Positions 36,862-46,275 of a DNA stretch of 64,000 nt are shown here, piece after piece; positions within the stretch are counted from its first letter, which is position 1, and every line of letters starts with the position of its first letter. The DNA lies in the IMG/VR virus record IMGVR_UViG_3300034117_002447, positions 1 through 64,000 of that record; one strand, written 5' to 3'. Made by a program: the position numbers and the translations under genes. The notes under the pieces were generated by a model. The model saw nothing but the letters and a program-made list of their open reading frames with translations. It searched no databases and was not told the origin of the DNA.

Positions 36862-38487
36862 ATGTCAAAACAGTTAGAACAGCAAATTAAATCACTAGAT
36901 TTAAAGCAGAATGCAATTAAAATCTTAATTAACTCATTCTATGGTGCCTTCGGTAACCGATATTTCTATTTTCATAATAACGAAATAGCTAAATCTATTA
37001 CTCTACAAGGTCAAGATTTAATTAAATTCTCAATCCGGGCAGTAAATCACTACTTTCAGCACAAGTGGCACCTAGATACTGAACTTCATGAAATTTTAGG
37101 AATTTCAGACAAAAAAGTTTCTCAAATTGAAAAAGAAGCTGCAATTTACACAGATACTGACTCTGTGTATGTCTGTTTTGATTATGCAATTCAGTCAGTA
37201 GAAGGATTAGACTTAGATAATAAAGAGTCTCTTGAGTTCTGTTTGGCAATTAACCGAAACCGATTAAAGGATTATTTTGAACAAGCTTTTGAGAAATACG
37301 CAGTTCATTTCAACACAGACAATCGCCAAAATTTTGAGCTTGAAAATCTTTCTAGTTCAGGAATCTGGCTCGCTAAGAAGAAATACATCTTAAGCGTATC
37401 ATATAAAGATAATAAGCACGAACGACTACTTGATAAAGAATCATTAATCATTAAGGGTCTTGAAGCAATTCAAGCTTCCTATCCAATTTGGGCAAGACAG
37501 CACTTACAAAAGCTGTATTCATATCTTTTAGGAATCGGGTATAACTTGGATCTTGAAGAAGACTTGATTCCGAAATTACAGGCTCTAAAAGACGAGTGTA
37601 ATTCGCTAACGGTCGATGAGATTGCTTTTAACTTCTCAGTTCGAGTTTACGAAGATTACCTAAAGAGCCTAAATCCATTAGTAATGGAGAAAGGAATGCC
37701 GATTTACGGTAGAGCTGCTGCATATCACAATCACGTGATAAAGAAAACCAAAAATCAAAAGTATGCATTGATACGAAGCGGTTCAAAGATTAAATTTTAC
37801 TATGCTTCGCCGAATGAGTATGAATTTGATATTTTTGCGTACGCTCCAGGCTCTTATCCAGAAGAATTCGCAGTGCCTATGGATAGAGATCAACAGTTCT
37901 TCCGATTAATCATTGAGCCAATTAATAAATTATTAGTTGCAATGGGTTATCCGGAATTAACTTCAGCCCTTGTTCGTAAAGTTGAACTTGTTAAATCAAG
38001 AAGCCGTAGCAAAGAATTCACAAACGAAGAAACTTTCCCACTGTATGCAGTTGACTCAAAAACTCTAGCCTATTCTGAAATTCCGGAAAGCTGCCAAGAA
38101 TACATTGGTAATCCAGACAAGCCGGTACCTGCGAATTTATTCCCAGTTTACATTTCAGCAATTTCTAAATTTGGCCTAAATACAGTAATCGTTCCAAAAC
38201 ACGAACTTACTAAGTATCGCGATCGAGTAGCAAAGAAATTAGGAATTGAAGTAGAAGATCCATTTGCAATTCCAGTTGAAGTGATGCAAGAATACTTAAG
38301 ATCGAATGGCTGGAGCGAAATAATCAATACTCCGTCTGGTGGTTCATGGTTGCAAACTGACAAGTACGAAAAAGCTGTTAAAACCGGAAAGGATTACTAC
38401 AAAATGGGATACGATCTTGACAAAGCTTACAAAAACGCAACTAAACCAAAACCTGTAAAGAAGGTAACTATAACTGATGAGAATTGA
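36862..38487 (+). CDS. polB: family B DNA polymerase, C-terminal subunit of a split enzyme
   Basis: Starts with motif B KILINSFYGAFG, then motif C YTDTDSVY, KKKY and IKGLE. No exonuclease domain or motif A. Confidence 0.9.
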   Translation: MSKQLEQQIKSLDLKQNAIKILINSFYGAFGNRYFYFHNNEIAKSITLQGQDLIKFSIRAVNHYFQHKWHLDTELHEILGISDKKVSQIEKEAAIYTDTDSVYVCFDYAIQSVEGLDLDNKESLEFCLAINRNRLKDYFEQAFEKYAVHFNTDNRQNFELENLSSSGIWLAKKKYILSVSYKDNKHERLLDKESLIIKGLEAIQASYPIWARQHLQKLYSYLLGIGYNLDLEEDLIPKLQALKDECNSLTVDEIAFNFSVRVYEDYLKSLNPLVMEKGMPIYGRAAAYHNHVIKKTKNQKYALIRSGSKIKFYYASPNEYEFDIFAYAPGSYPEEFAVPMDRDQQFFRLIIEPINKLLVAMGYPELTSALVRKVELVKSRSRSKEFTNEETFPLYAVDSKTLAYSEIPESCQEYIGNPDKPVPANLFPVYISAISKFGLNTVIVPKHELTKYRDRVAKKLGIEVEDPFAIPVEVMQEYLRSNGWSEIINTPSGGSWLQTDKYEKAVKTGKDYYKMGYDLDKAYKNATKPKPVKKVTITDEN

Positions 38488-39601
38488 GGAAATAACCGCA
38501 TTCATTGAAACCTTATTACGTAAGAGATTCCACGATGTTCCTGAGAAACAAAAAATTGATGGAGAGACTGGCCGTAAGCTAAATTTCGCGTGTCCAATTT
38601 GCGGAGACTCGGACAAGAAGGTTTCAAAGAAGCGTGGTAACCTCTATTTAGATACTGGGGCTTATAAATGTTTTAATGATGGTTGTATGGCATATATGAC
38701 CATGGGAGAATTTGTTGCCAGAATGAGTAAGGAACATGGAATCATGCTTCCAAGCTTTATCCTAGATACAGAATACTCACCAGTTGCAAAACCCAAAAAG
38801 ACAGAGAATCAATTAATTAGATTCTTAACATCCGATACATCAAGTCTTGTTACAATAACTGAAGTAATCAATAGGTTCTCGTTAAAGAGACTTGATATGG
38901 TTTCAGAAGAATCTAGAGCGTATCAGTACATAAAGGGCCGAGCGATCAACTTAATTGAAGATTTCGGAGATTGTCTCTATACTGATTCATCCGATAATAA
39001 AGTCTATATTTTTAATTTCGATAGAAGATCCGGTAAAATACTAGGATTCTCAATTAGAAGTCTCGATCCAAATTCCGAACGTAAGTACATAATCAAGTCA
39101 TATTCCGATATTATTCATATCTTCTCTCAGATAGGACTCTCGAAGGATCTGGTGGAAGATGCGAACTTTCTTAATAACTACTTCAATATCTTGAACGTTG
39201 ACTTCAGCAAGCCAATCAGAATGACTGAGGGTCAATTCGATTCAATGTTCATAACTAACGCGATTGCAACCTCTGGTGCATCTAAAGCCAGAAGTATTTT
39301 CTCTAATCTAGGGTCAAAGGGTGCTACTCAAGTTATATTTGACCGAGATAAGGCAGGCAAGACTCAAATGATGAATTTTATCCAGCAAGGATACTCTGTG
39401 TTTTTGTGGAATAAAGCAATCGGTGACCTAAAGAGAAAATTTAGTTCTACTGAAGATATGATGGCTCTACAAAAAGTCAAAGATATTAATGACCTTTTCT
39501 GTTACATGCATGACAGAAATTCAAATACTTCAATTGAAAGCTTTAATGAATGGATCAATAGTTATTTTAGCGATTCCGTGTTTGACATGGCGTACCTATA
39601 A
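38477..39601 (+). CDS. gp61: DNA primase (gp61-like)
   Basis: CPICGDS...RG...YKCFNDGC zinc finger; TEGQFDSMF and IFDRDKAG TOPRIM motifs. Confidence 0.85.
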   Translation: MRIEEITAFIETLLRKRFHDVPEKQKIDGETGRKLNFACPICGDSDKKVSKKRGNLYLDTGAYKCFNDGCMAYMTMGEFVARMSKEHGIMLPSFILDTEYSPVAKPKKTENQLIRFLTSDTSSLVTITEVINRFSLKRLDMVSEESRAYQYIKGRAINLIEDFGDCLYTDSSDNKVYIFNFDRRSGKILGFSIRSLDPNSERKYIIKSYSDIIHIFSQIGLSKDLVEDANFLNNYFNILNVDFSKPIRMTEGQFDSMFITNAIATSGASKARSIFSNLGSKGATQVIFDRDKAGKTQMMNFIQQGYSVFLWNKAIGDLKRKFSSTEDMMALQKVKDINDLFCYMHDRNSNTSIESFNEWINSYFSDSVFDMAYL

Positions 39602-39604
39602 ATA
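39597..39604 (+). promoter_or_regulatory. late promoter TATAAATA
   Basis: Exact T4 late consensus, 5 nt upstream of the gp4-like ATG. Confidence 0.7.
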
Positions 39605-39609
39605 ACTAT

Positions 39610-40116
39610 ATGAAACCGAAAGAGCAGAAGAGCATCAAGACTTTCTTAAAACCGCGAGCTGGAACAATCCGTCAGGGATACTTTAAACCAGCGTTCCCTG
39701 AGAAGTACGTTGGCGATACTTCGCAAATAATATTCAGATCAAGCTGGGAATTCAAATTCCTAAAATGGTGTGATCACAGCCCGACTGTTATTAAATACTC
39801 AAGCGAACCAGTAGGAATTCCTTACTATTCTCCTCTTGATAAACGCGGACACACATATTATGTTGATTTTTATATCGTAACCAAAGATAGCTCAGGAAAG
39901 GAGCAGTCTTGGTTAATTGAGGTAAAGCCTGACAAGTATACCAAACCACCTACTGCCCCAGCAAGAATGACTGACAAGCAAACTGCAAGTTATGTATATG
40001 CAGCCAAGCAATACATTGTAAATCAGGCAAAATTTGAAGCAGCTAAAGAGTTCGCTTCAGTAAGAGGTTTAAAATTTGGGATAATAACCGAAAACTTTCT
40101 GTTCAAATCAATATAA
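39610..40116 (+). CDS. gp4: head completion nuclease (gp4-like, TnsA-fold PD-(D/E)xK)
   Basis: FRSSWE..F..WCD.....YSSEP..IPY, YYVDF, IEVKP, NQAKFEAA and F.IITE motifs. Confidence 0.88.
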   Translation: MKPKEQKSIKTFLKPRAGTIRQGYFKPAFPEKYVGDTSQIIFRSSWEFKFLKWCDHSPTVIKYSSEPVGIPYYSPLDKRGHTYYVDFYIVTKDSSGKEQSWLIEVKPDKYTKPPTAPARMTDKQTASYVYAAKQYIVNQAKFEAAKEFASVRGLKFGIITENFLFKSI

Positions 40117-40125
40117 AAGATATAA

Positions 40126-40791
40126 ATGACGCAATTAGAAACTATACAAGACTTTTATCAAAACGGAACAGACCCGGACTTTAGTCCAAACCCAAATCAC
40201 GTATTCATAAATATGACTCGTGGTGGAGACCGTACTATTCTGATTCCTGGTCATTTTTATACTCATACTGAACTTGAACCAATTGGGCCAGATCAGGTTC
40301 CAACTTGGGACGAATACGAATTACTTAAATATCCTTCCGTAAAAGATGTGGCCCTTGCTGCAAAATATCGAGTAAAGAAGCCGTATTATGATAACCGCCC
40401 CATATTTCTAGCATTAAGCCCTGATGGATTGGGCCTAAATGTTAAATTAATGTCCCAACCTCTAAGAAAACGGTTTATTCGGACATACTTAAATAAAATG
40501 AGTACTCCATTAGCTAACTGTTTTGAAGACGGCAACCTAATGGAATTTAATAAACGAATCAGGGAACGAGCAGTTGCTCCATTTTTTACGGTCGATACGA
40601 CATTTATAAAGACCCTACTTGGAATGCCGGACATTAAATTCAATCTTCTGGTGAATAAATACAATAGAGAAAAGATGCGAAACTTAACCCTTATCGACTG
40701 GGATACTGTTCCTAACTTACACTTAGCGAACTATTCAACTGACAGGACAATATCGGCTAGATCAAGTTTCTCTCTATTTGAAATAAAATAA
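40126..40791 (+). CDS. putative DNA end protector (gp2-like)
   Basis: YYD.RPI......LGLN...M...LR..F pattern; position between gp4 and portal. Confidence 0.45.
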   Translation: MTQLETIQDFYQNGTDPDFSPNPNHVFINMTRGGDRTILIPGHFYTHTELEPIGPDQVPTWDEYELLKYPSVKDVALAAKYRVKKPYYDNRPIFLALSPDGLGLNVKLMSQPLRKRFIRTYLNKMSTPLANCFEDGNLMEFNKRIRERAVAPFFTVDTTFIKTLLGMPDIKFNLLVNKYNREKMRNLTLIDWDTVPNLHLANYSTDRTISARSSFSLFEIK

Positions 40792-40799
40792 ACAATTAA

Positions 40800-42482
40800 A
40801 TGGCAGGATTTTTAGACAGTAACCCAATGAAAGGGCTTAGATCAAGCTTAACCGCACTAAGTCGATTTGGTATGAAATACGATGACCTTCTTGTGAAGAA
40901 CTCACAAGCGATAGGTTACATTGAAGGTCAGTTAACGGGTTTCAACAACGCAATGGGAGATGATCTGATGAAGGCTACTCTTGCTCTATCCGATACGACA
41001 TCCTCATTAAAGAACAAGTCAATCGCGTTCTTTCAATTAGACTATGTTCAGAAAAGAGAGAGACTTAGGGATCTTGCATCAAATGGCGAAATTGAATTCG
41101 TTATTGAAACTATTGCAGATGATGCAATTGTATACGATGAAGATAATCGATTCTGTTATCCAAATGACCTAGTTGGAGAAATTAATTACCGAGGAAAGAA
41201 TAAAGACCAACGTCTTAACTATCAAGAAAAAGTAATTGAGAAGTACCAAGAAAATTTTGCAAAGATCTATAGTGCATGGAGTTTCGACAGAGGAATTTCA
41301 GCATGGCAGTACTTTTACCAATGGTTAATTGAAGGTCACTTGGCATTTGAAATCATTTACGACAATATCTCAAATCCAAAAGATATTATTGGATTTAAGG
41401 AATTAGATCCATCTACTCTTTATCCTGAAGTAAAAAAAGATTCAGGCGGAAAAATTTATCTGCAATGGTCTCAACGTGATCCCATTAATAAGATGAATCG
41501 TACCTTAACTGATTCACAAATTATCTACATTTCATATTCAAATGAATTTAGAACCAAGCGAGTTAGTTTCGTAGAGAGACTACTTCGTTCATTTAACCTA
41601 CTTCGTTTAATTGAACACTCTAAGATTATTTGGCATACAATGAATGCGCCAATTCGTTTAAAAACAAGCGTACCAGTTGGAACAAAATCAATGCAAAAAG
41701 CCAAAGAAGATGTTCGTGAGTTTACCAATACCTTAAAAGAAGATATAACATTCGATGGTAGCTCTGGAGAATTAATGGTTGATGGAAAACCTAATATTCT
41801 TTTCTATAAAAACTACGTTCTTCCAGTAAACGATAGAGGCGAGAAAATCGATATTGAAGCACTTGAATATCCAGGCCCAAATTTATCAGGCTCTGAATTA
41901 TTAAAATACTTTCAAGATAAACTAAAGCTTGACTCTAAACTTCCATATTCACGTTGGTCAGAAGGTCAAGGTGCATACACTATGAATGCGGAAGGTATTT
42001 CAAGAGAGGAGATTCGCTACAATAAATTCATCAAGAGATTAAGATCAGCCTTCAAAGAGTTAATCACCAAACCTCTGTATTTGCAAATGTGCTTAGATAT
42101 TAAGGATTTAAAAACGGATCACCGTTTCTCAAATGCAGTAGGTATGCTATGGCACAATGATAATGTATTCGAGGAGATTAAAACTCAGGAATTACTTAAT
42201 AAACGTCTTGCTACCCTTAATGCAATGAAAGCGGTAGTGAATGATGATGCTAAACCTTACTTCTCAACCGAATACTTAATTAAAGAATACTTGAAATTAA
42301 GTGACGAGGATATTGCTAAAAACCGAAGCTACCAAGCAACTCAAGACAATGATGCTAAAGCTGACGGTGGCGCCGCTGCTGGTGGAGCCGCTGCTGCTGG
42401 TGGAGCGCCTGCTGCCCCAGCTGGAGAAGAACCGGCTGGTGGAGAAACCTCATCTGAAGTAGGAACACCAGGACAACTTTAA
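40800..42482 (+). CDS. gp20: portal protein (gp20-like)
   Basis: IETIADDAIV, W.I.G.L.F, LRLIE.S.II.....AP.R, L.YFQ.KL...S.LP.SR and I.REE..YNKFI.RL...F motifs. Confidence 0.93.
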   Translation: MAGFLDSNPMKGLRSSLTALSRFGMKYDDLLVKNSQAIGYIEGQLTGFNNAMGDDLMKATLALSDTTSSLKNKSIAFFQLDYVQKRERLRDLASNGEIEFVIETIADDAIVYDEDNRFCYPNDLVGEINYRGKNKDQRLNYQEKVIEKYQENFAKIYSAWSFDRGISAWQYFYQWLIEGHLAFEIIYDNISNPKDIIGFKELDPSTLYPEVKKDSGGKIYLQWSQRDPINKMNRTLTDSQIIYISYSNEFRTKRVSFVERLLRSFNLLRLIEHSKIIWHTMNAPIRLKTSVPVGTKSMQKAKEDVREFTNTLKEDITFDGSSGELMVDGKPNILFYKNYVLPVNDRGEKIDIEALEYPGPNLSGSELLKYFQDKLKLDSKLPYSRWSEGQGAYTMNAEGISREEIRYNKFIKRLRSAFKELITKPLYLQMCLDIKDLKTDHRFSNAVGMLWHNDNVFEEIKTQELLNKRLATLNAMKAVVNDDAKPYFSTEYLIKEYLKLSDEDIAKNRSYQATQDNDAKADGGAAAGGAAAAGGAPAAPAGEEPAGGETSSEVGTPGQL

Positions 42483-42494
42483 TTTTAGGTATAC

Positions 42495-43418
42495 ATGAAT
42501 CGTAAAGTAACAGTAATAGGTGGGGCCGGATTTATCGGATCTCACCTTGTTAAATCACTCGTAGAGCAAGGGTTCCGAGTAACCGTAATCGATAATCTAT
42601 CGACCGGTAAGAAAAGCAACATTAAAAACTTAGCGATTGACCTAAGAGTCTACGATATTACAGGGGATCCCAAGAAGATCGCCGCCATCATTAAAGGTTC
42701 AGAATGCGTATTCCATTTAGCCGCATTAACTTCTGTCCAGGAGTCATTAGAATCACCTACTCTATATAATTTAGTAAATGTAATAGGAACCTCAAACGTG
42801 CTTGAAGCGTGTCGAATCGCTGGTGTATCGGAATTAGTGTTTAGCTCAACTAGTGCAGTATACGGAAACACTGAGTTATTTCCAACTAATGAATCTGTAC
42901 CGCTTGATCCAATTTCAACCTATGCGTTAACTAAACAGATTGGGGAAAATTATTGCAAATTATATTCTTCAATTTACAGAATAAAAACGACGTGCCTTAG
43001 ATATTTCAATGTTTACGGTCCAAATTCAAATCCTGACAGTTCATACCGCTCAGTCATTCCAATATTTTTAGAAAAAGCTAAGGCTGGCAAACCTTTACCA
43101 ATCACAAATGACGGAGAACAGCGAAGAGATTTTATTCACGTATCAGATGTAGTTAGAGCAAATATTGCTGCATTACACTCACCAGCATACAATGCGCTCG
43201 CTAACGCTTCAGATAAGTATCACCGAATTATTAATATAGGAAGTGGAGAAAATATCAGCGTAAATCAAATCGCTGAAATGGTTGGCGGAAAAACGGTAAA
43301 TGTAGGTTTTAGATTAGAGCCGAAGATTAGTTTAGCTGACGTCACTGCCGCTAAATCGTATCTTGATTGGAACCCGTTAATTAAATTAGAAGATTGGCTT
43401 AAAGGTCAAACATTGTAG
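42495..43418 (+). CDS. NAD-dependent nucleotide-sugar epimerase/dehydratase (GalE-like SDR)
   Basis: GGAGFIGS, HLAA, SSTSAVYG, YALTK, LRYFNVYG and RDFIHV motifs. Confidence 0.92.
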   Translation: MNRKVTVIGGAGFIGSHLVKSLVEQGFRVTVIDNLSTGKKSNIKNLAIDLRVYDITGDPKKIAAIIKGSECVFHLAALTSVQESLESPTLYNLVNVIGTSNVLEACRIAGVSELVFSSTSAVYGNTELFPTNESVPLDPISTYALTKQIGENYCKLYSSIYRIKTTCLRYFNVYGPNSNPDSSYRSVIPIFLEKAKAGKPLPITNDGEQRRDFIHVSDVVRANIAALHSPAYNALANASDKYHRIINIGSGENISVNQIAEMVGGKTVNVGFRLEPKISLADVTAAKSYLDWNPLIKLEDWLKGQTL

Positions 43419-43788
43419 CAAACGCAGACTGTCCGTCTATCTTAATGTCCAAGCCTAATCCTACTTTATATGGATCAGATATATCGTCCATTTTAAATGC
43501 ATTAGCTGCAATTGAGTAAGGTCGACTGAATAAAACATATTCATTAATTTGATCGTTTGCCTCCTTTTCCATAGCGCTAATGTCTGATTGCTCAAATTCA
43601 AAAAGATACTTTTCGGCATTGAATCCAATATCTTCCCCAAGAACTTCACCTGCTCTAGTAAGTAGCGTCATTCTAATTTGTTGAAGAGCATTTTCAATTG
43701 AGTCATTTGATTCATAAATACCTTCTTGGTAGTTTGGATCGCCTGGTGCTCGTAAGTATAGGTCTTTTCCTACTGGTTGTGTTGCCAT
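43399..43788 (-). CDS. gp25: baseplate wedge gp25-like protein
   Basis: ENALQQIRMTLLT..GEVLG...IG.....YLFE pattern. Confidence 0.65.
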   Translation of the reverse strand: MATQPVGKDLYLRAPGDPNYQEGIYESNDSIENALQQIRMTLLTRAGEVLGEDIGFNAEKYLFEFEQSDISAMEKEANDQINEYVLFSRPYSIAANAFKMDDISDPYKVGLGLDIKIDGQSAFATMFDL

Positions 43789-43795
43789 GTCTTAA

Positions 43796-44536
43796 TTACC
43801 ATCTTGCAAAGTACAAGAAGTCTGGAGTATTTTCGCCTTTCATCATTTCAAGTACTTGAGTAAGCTCATTTTCAGCTTTAGTGACTAGATTTGTGTAGTT
43901 AGGTTTGATTCCGCCTGGAAGATTATAATCGAATGTCGTTAACAGATCACCAAGTCTCAATTTAGCCTTTGCTCTTACGTATCTTTGAAACAATTCATCA
44001 TTATACAGATCATCAGCTGGGATTTTCTTAGCGATCGTTAGAACAATACCGTTTTGTCTAGGGGTTCTTCCGAGTATTGTTAGTTTTCGAGTATTCTTAT
44101 TGTAGTCGTATGCAAAAGTGTCAATGGTAAAGCCTTTAACTAGGTCAAGAAACGAGAAGATAATCGTTCTGTACATAATAGATTCCCCAATGAATGGTGT
44201 TAAAAATACCTCTGACCCAATGAACTTATTATCCGCAAAATCCGCATCCATTGTTCCAAACATTGAGCCTGAAGAATTGGGCTGCTTAACATCATGAACG
44301 AAACCTACGCACTCAGGTAACTGAATCGTTCTGTGCTGCTTAAATCCAGTAGACGTAAAAACTTCTTGAGGAATCAGTAAATATCGCGGTTCAACTGCAT
44401 GTTTCCAGTTATCATAAAAATATCTCTCAGAATTAGTGATGATACGTTTAATCTCTGGTTCTGGAATAGAATAAGGTAGCGCTTTTGCAAACGTTAATTC
44501 ATCCTGGATGTCTAATATTAACTCGTCTAACGTCAT
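43796..44536 (-). CDS. gp13: neck protein (gp13-like)
   Basis: C-terminal FQRYV.AK.K...G..L..F...LPGGI..N pattern. Confidence 0.75.
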   Translation of the reverse strand: MTLDELILDIQDELTFAKALPYSIPEPEIKRIITNSERYFYDNWKHAVEPRYLLIPQEVFTSTGFKQHRTIQLPECVGFVHDVKQPNSSGSMFGTMDADFADNKFIGSEVFLTPFIGESIMYRTIIFSFLDLVKGFTIDTFAYDYNKNTRKLTILGRTPRQNGIVLTIAKKIPADDLYNDELFQRYVRAKAKLRLGDLLTTFDYNLPGGIKPNYTNLVTKAENELTQVLEMMKGENTPDFLYFARW

Positions 44537-44550
44537 TTCGTTAAGTAATT

Positions 44551-44916
44551 TTATGCAGTCTTAGTAGCCTTTGCTTTCTGCTCAGCTTGTTGTTCAATCT
44601 GCTTGATTTTAGTCAATAGCTGAATCTTTTCTGCATCAGTTGCAGCAGCTGCGACTTGGTCCCTAAGTGCTTTGGTCTGATTAATTATATCGATCTGTGC
44701 TTGAGTATCAGCTGAGCTCTCTTGAATAGGAGTTTTAGATACTTTCGTGTAATCAGGCTCAGTTACCTTAACTTGAGATAGATCAGCACTCTTAACTTGA
44801 TCAATTGTTTTTTCTTTCTTAACTTGATCAGGTTTTGAGGCCGTTGCATGTTTCTTGGGATCGCTTAAGTTAGACCCTTTATGAAAATCGTCGAAGTTTA
44901 AAATTTTGTTACTCAT
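44551..44916 (-). CDS. hypothetical protein
   Basis: KILNFDDF N-terminus; coiled-coil C-terminus. Confidence 0.7.
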   Translation of the reverse strand: MSNKILNFDDFHKGSNLSDPKKHATASKPDQVKKEKTIDQVKSADLSQVKVTEPDYTKVSKTPIQESSADTQAQIDIINQTKALRDQVAAAATDAEKIQLLTKIKQIEQQAEQKAKATKTA

Positions 44917-44931
44917 AGTAGTTACTTTTTA

Positions 44932-45189
44932 TTATTTATTAGATTCCATATACTCGTTAAATCGTAGGACTTTATAAACTCTAGGATTTGAGCCGATTCT
45001 GGATGGAGTCGAATTAGTTGTCATATCTCGCTTAGAATACGGCGCTGTATTCAACCAGTGCTGAGGAAGCCCACCCACAGCCACATTTACTGGAGTAGGT
45101 TGAATATTCATATCAGTTCTTTGTTGAAATGAACTGGCTGGTACAGTAATTTCACCAGATGACATTTTATTATTATGTGGATTGTCCAT
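44932..45189 (-). CDS. hypothetical protein
   Basis: C-terminal KVLRFNEYME; late promoter at 45196-45202. Confidence 0.7.
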   Translation of the reverse strand: MDNPHNNKMSSGEITVPASSFQQRTDMNIQPTPVNVAVGGLPQHWLNTAPYSKRDMTTNSTPSRIGSNPRVYKVLRFNEYMESNK

Positions 45190-45220
45190 ATTGATTATTT
45201 ATTCACGGCCTAACCTAAAT

Positions 45221-45247
45221 AAAAAAGCTCGGAATGTTCCGAGCTTT
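45221..45247 (-). terminator. intrinsic terminator
   Basis: AAAGCTCGGAA-TG-TTCCGAGCTTT hairpin with a T-run on the minus strand. Confidence 0.85.
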
Positions 45248-45269
45248 AGTTTTATATTTAATTATGAAT

Positions 45270-46238
45270 TTAAGCTTTAGTAAAAATAGCTTTGCCTAAT
45301 GCTCCGCCTAGTTCAATAACATTACTTCCTTCTTTTTTAACAAGTGCAGCAATTTCGCTTTCATCAAAGTCTTTAGTTTGTCCTTTACTATCAGTTACCG
45401 TATAGTAATTTCCCATCCAACCTTCTTTTGGACCGTCTATGTGTTGAATAATGATAGGGCCGCTGTAGATCGGAGACTTCACCGTTACTTTATATGGGGT
45501 TTTTCCTACATATACTACGTATTTACTCGCATCTGGTGTTACCCATTTTCCTCCAGCCTTTGGATATTGAATAGCTCTTTCGTTAATCGGCTCTTCCACA
45601 TCAACCTCAGCCGCTGCTTCCATCATACACTTACTCATGTACGAGCCAACTTCATTTAAGTAATTCTCGTATGTATGGTTAGGATCTGCGTCTTCATCGC
45701 ACATTTGAGCCTCTTTAATTAGAATTTCTTCGCATACTGATTTAACTGCATTCTGTGCTTCTTCTGACATTGCTGGGCTGTAGCCTTCGGTCATTGGTGA
45801 CCAACACTCATTAACGAAATTTTCAAATGTGTTAGAAGCTTTACCTTCAGTATCCTCTTTCGACTTATTAAGTAATTTAAAATCGCCTGAATCAATTTTT
45901 CCATTTCGATTCTTATCTAAGTTCTTTTGTTTACCTTTAAGTTTTTCGTCAATTTCATCAGATACAACTTCAAGTTCTACTGGAATAGAGTACTCATGAT
46001 CTCCGTGCATTGCCGTTAGCATGCCGTTACCGTCATAGTCGAATCTAAGCTCAAGCTCTTCACCTGATTTACTTCTAATAACGATCATTGCATGGTCGTC
46101 TCCATGATCTCCCAATGAAACTATTTCTACTGGATGCATTTCATCCAAATTTTCATCAGCTACTCTTGGATTAGCGCCAATTGCATCTTCTTTACCTTTC
46201 ATGAAATTAGGCACTCTGTTTTTACCAAATCTTCCCAT
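45270..46238 (-). CDS. multidomain hypothetical protein with EF-hand-like loop
   Basis: LDKNRNGKIDSGDF; internal TFENFVNE; late promoter at 46259-46265. Confidence 0.7.
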   Translation of the reverse strand: MGRFGKNRVPNFMKGKEDAIGANPRVADENLDEMHPVEIVSLGDHGDDHAMIVIRSKSGEELELRFDYDGNGMLTAMHGDHEYSIPVELEVVSDEIDEKLKGKQKNLDKNRNGKIDSGDFKLLNKSKEDTEGKASNTFENFVNECWSPMTEGYSPAMSEEAQNAVKSVCEEILIKEAQMCDEDADPNHTYENYLNEVGSYMSKCMMEAAAEVDVEEPINERAIQYPKAGGKWVTPDASKYVVYVGKTPYKVTVKSPIYSGPIIIQHIDGPKEGWMGNYYTVTDSKGQTKDFDESEIAALVKKEGSNVIELGGALGKAIFTKA

Positions 46239-46275
46239 TATGTATGGTTATTTTTGATTATTTATCTGCAGACGT

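Noticed and set aside
39610-40116. TnsA transposase or mobile element
   Set aside because: The TnsA-like fold here matches T4 gp4 head completion protein. It has a late promoter, lies next to portal, and has no TnsB or terminal repeats.
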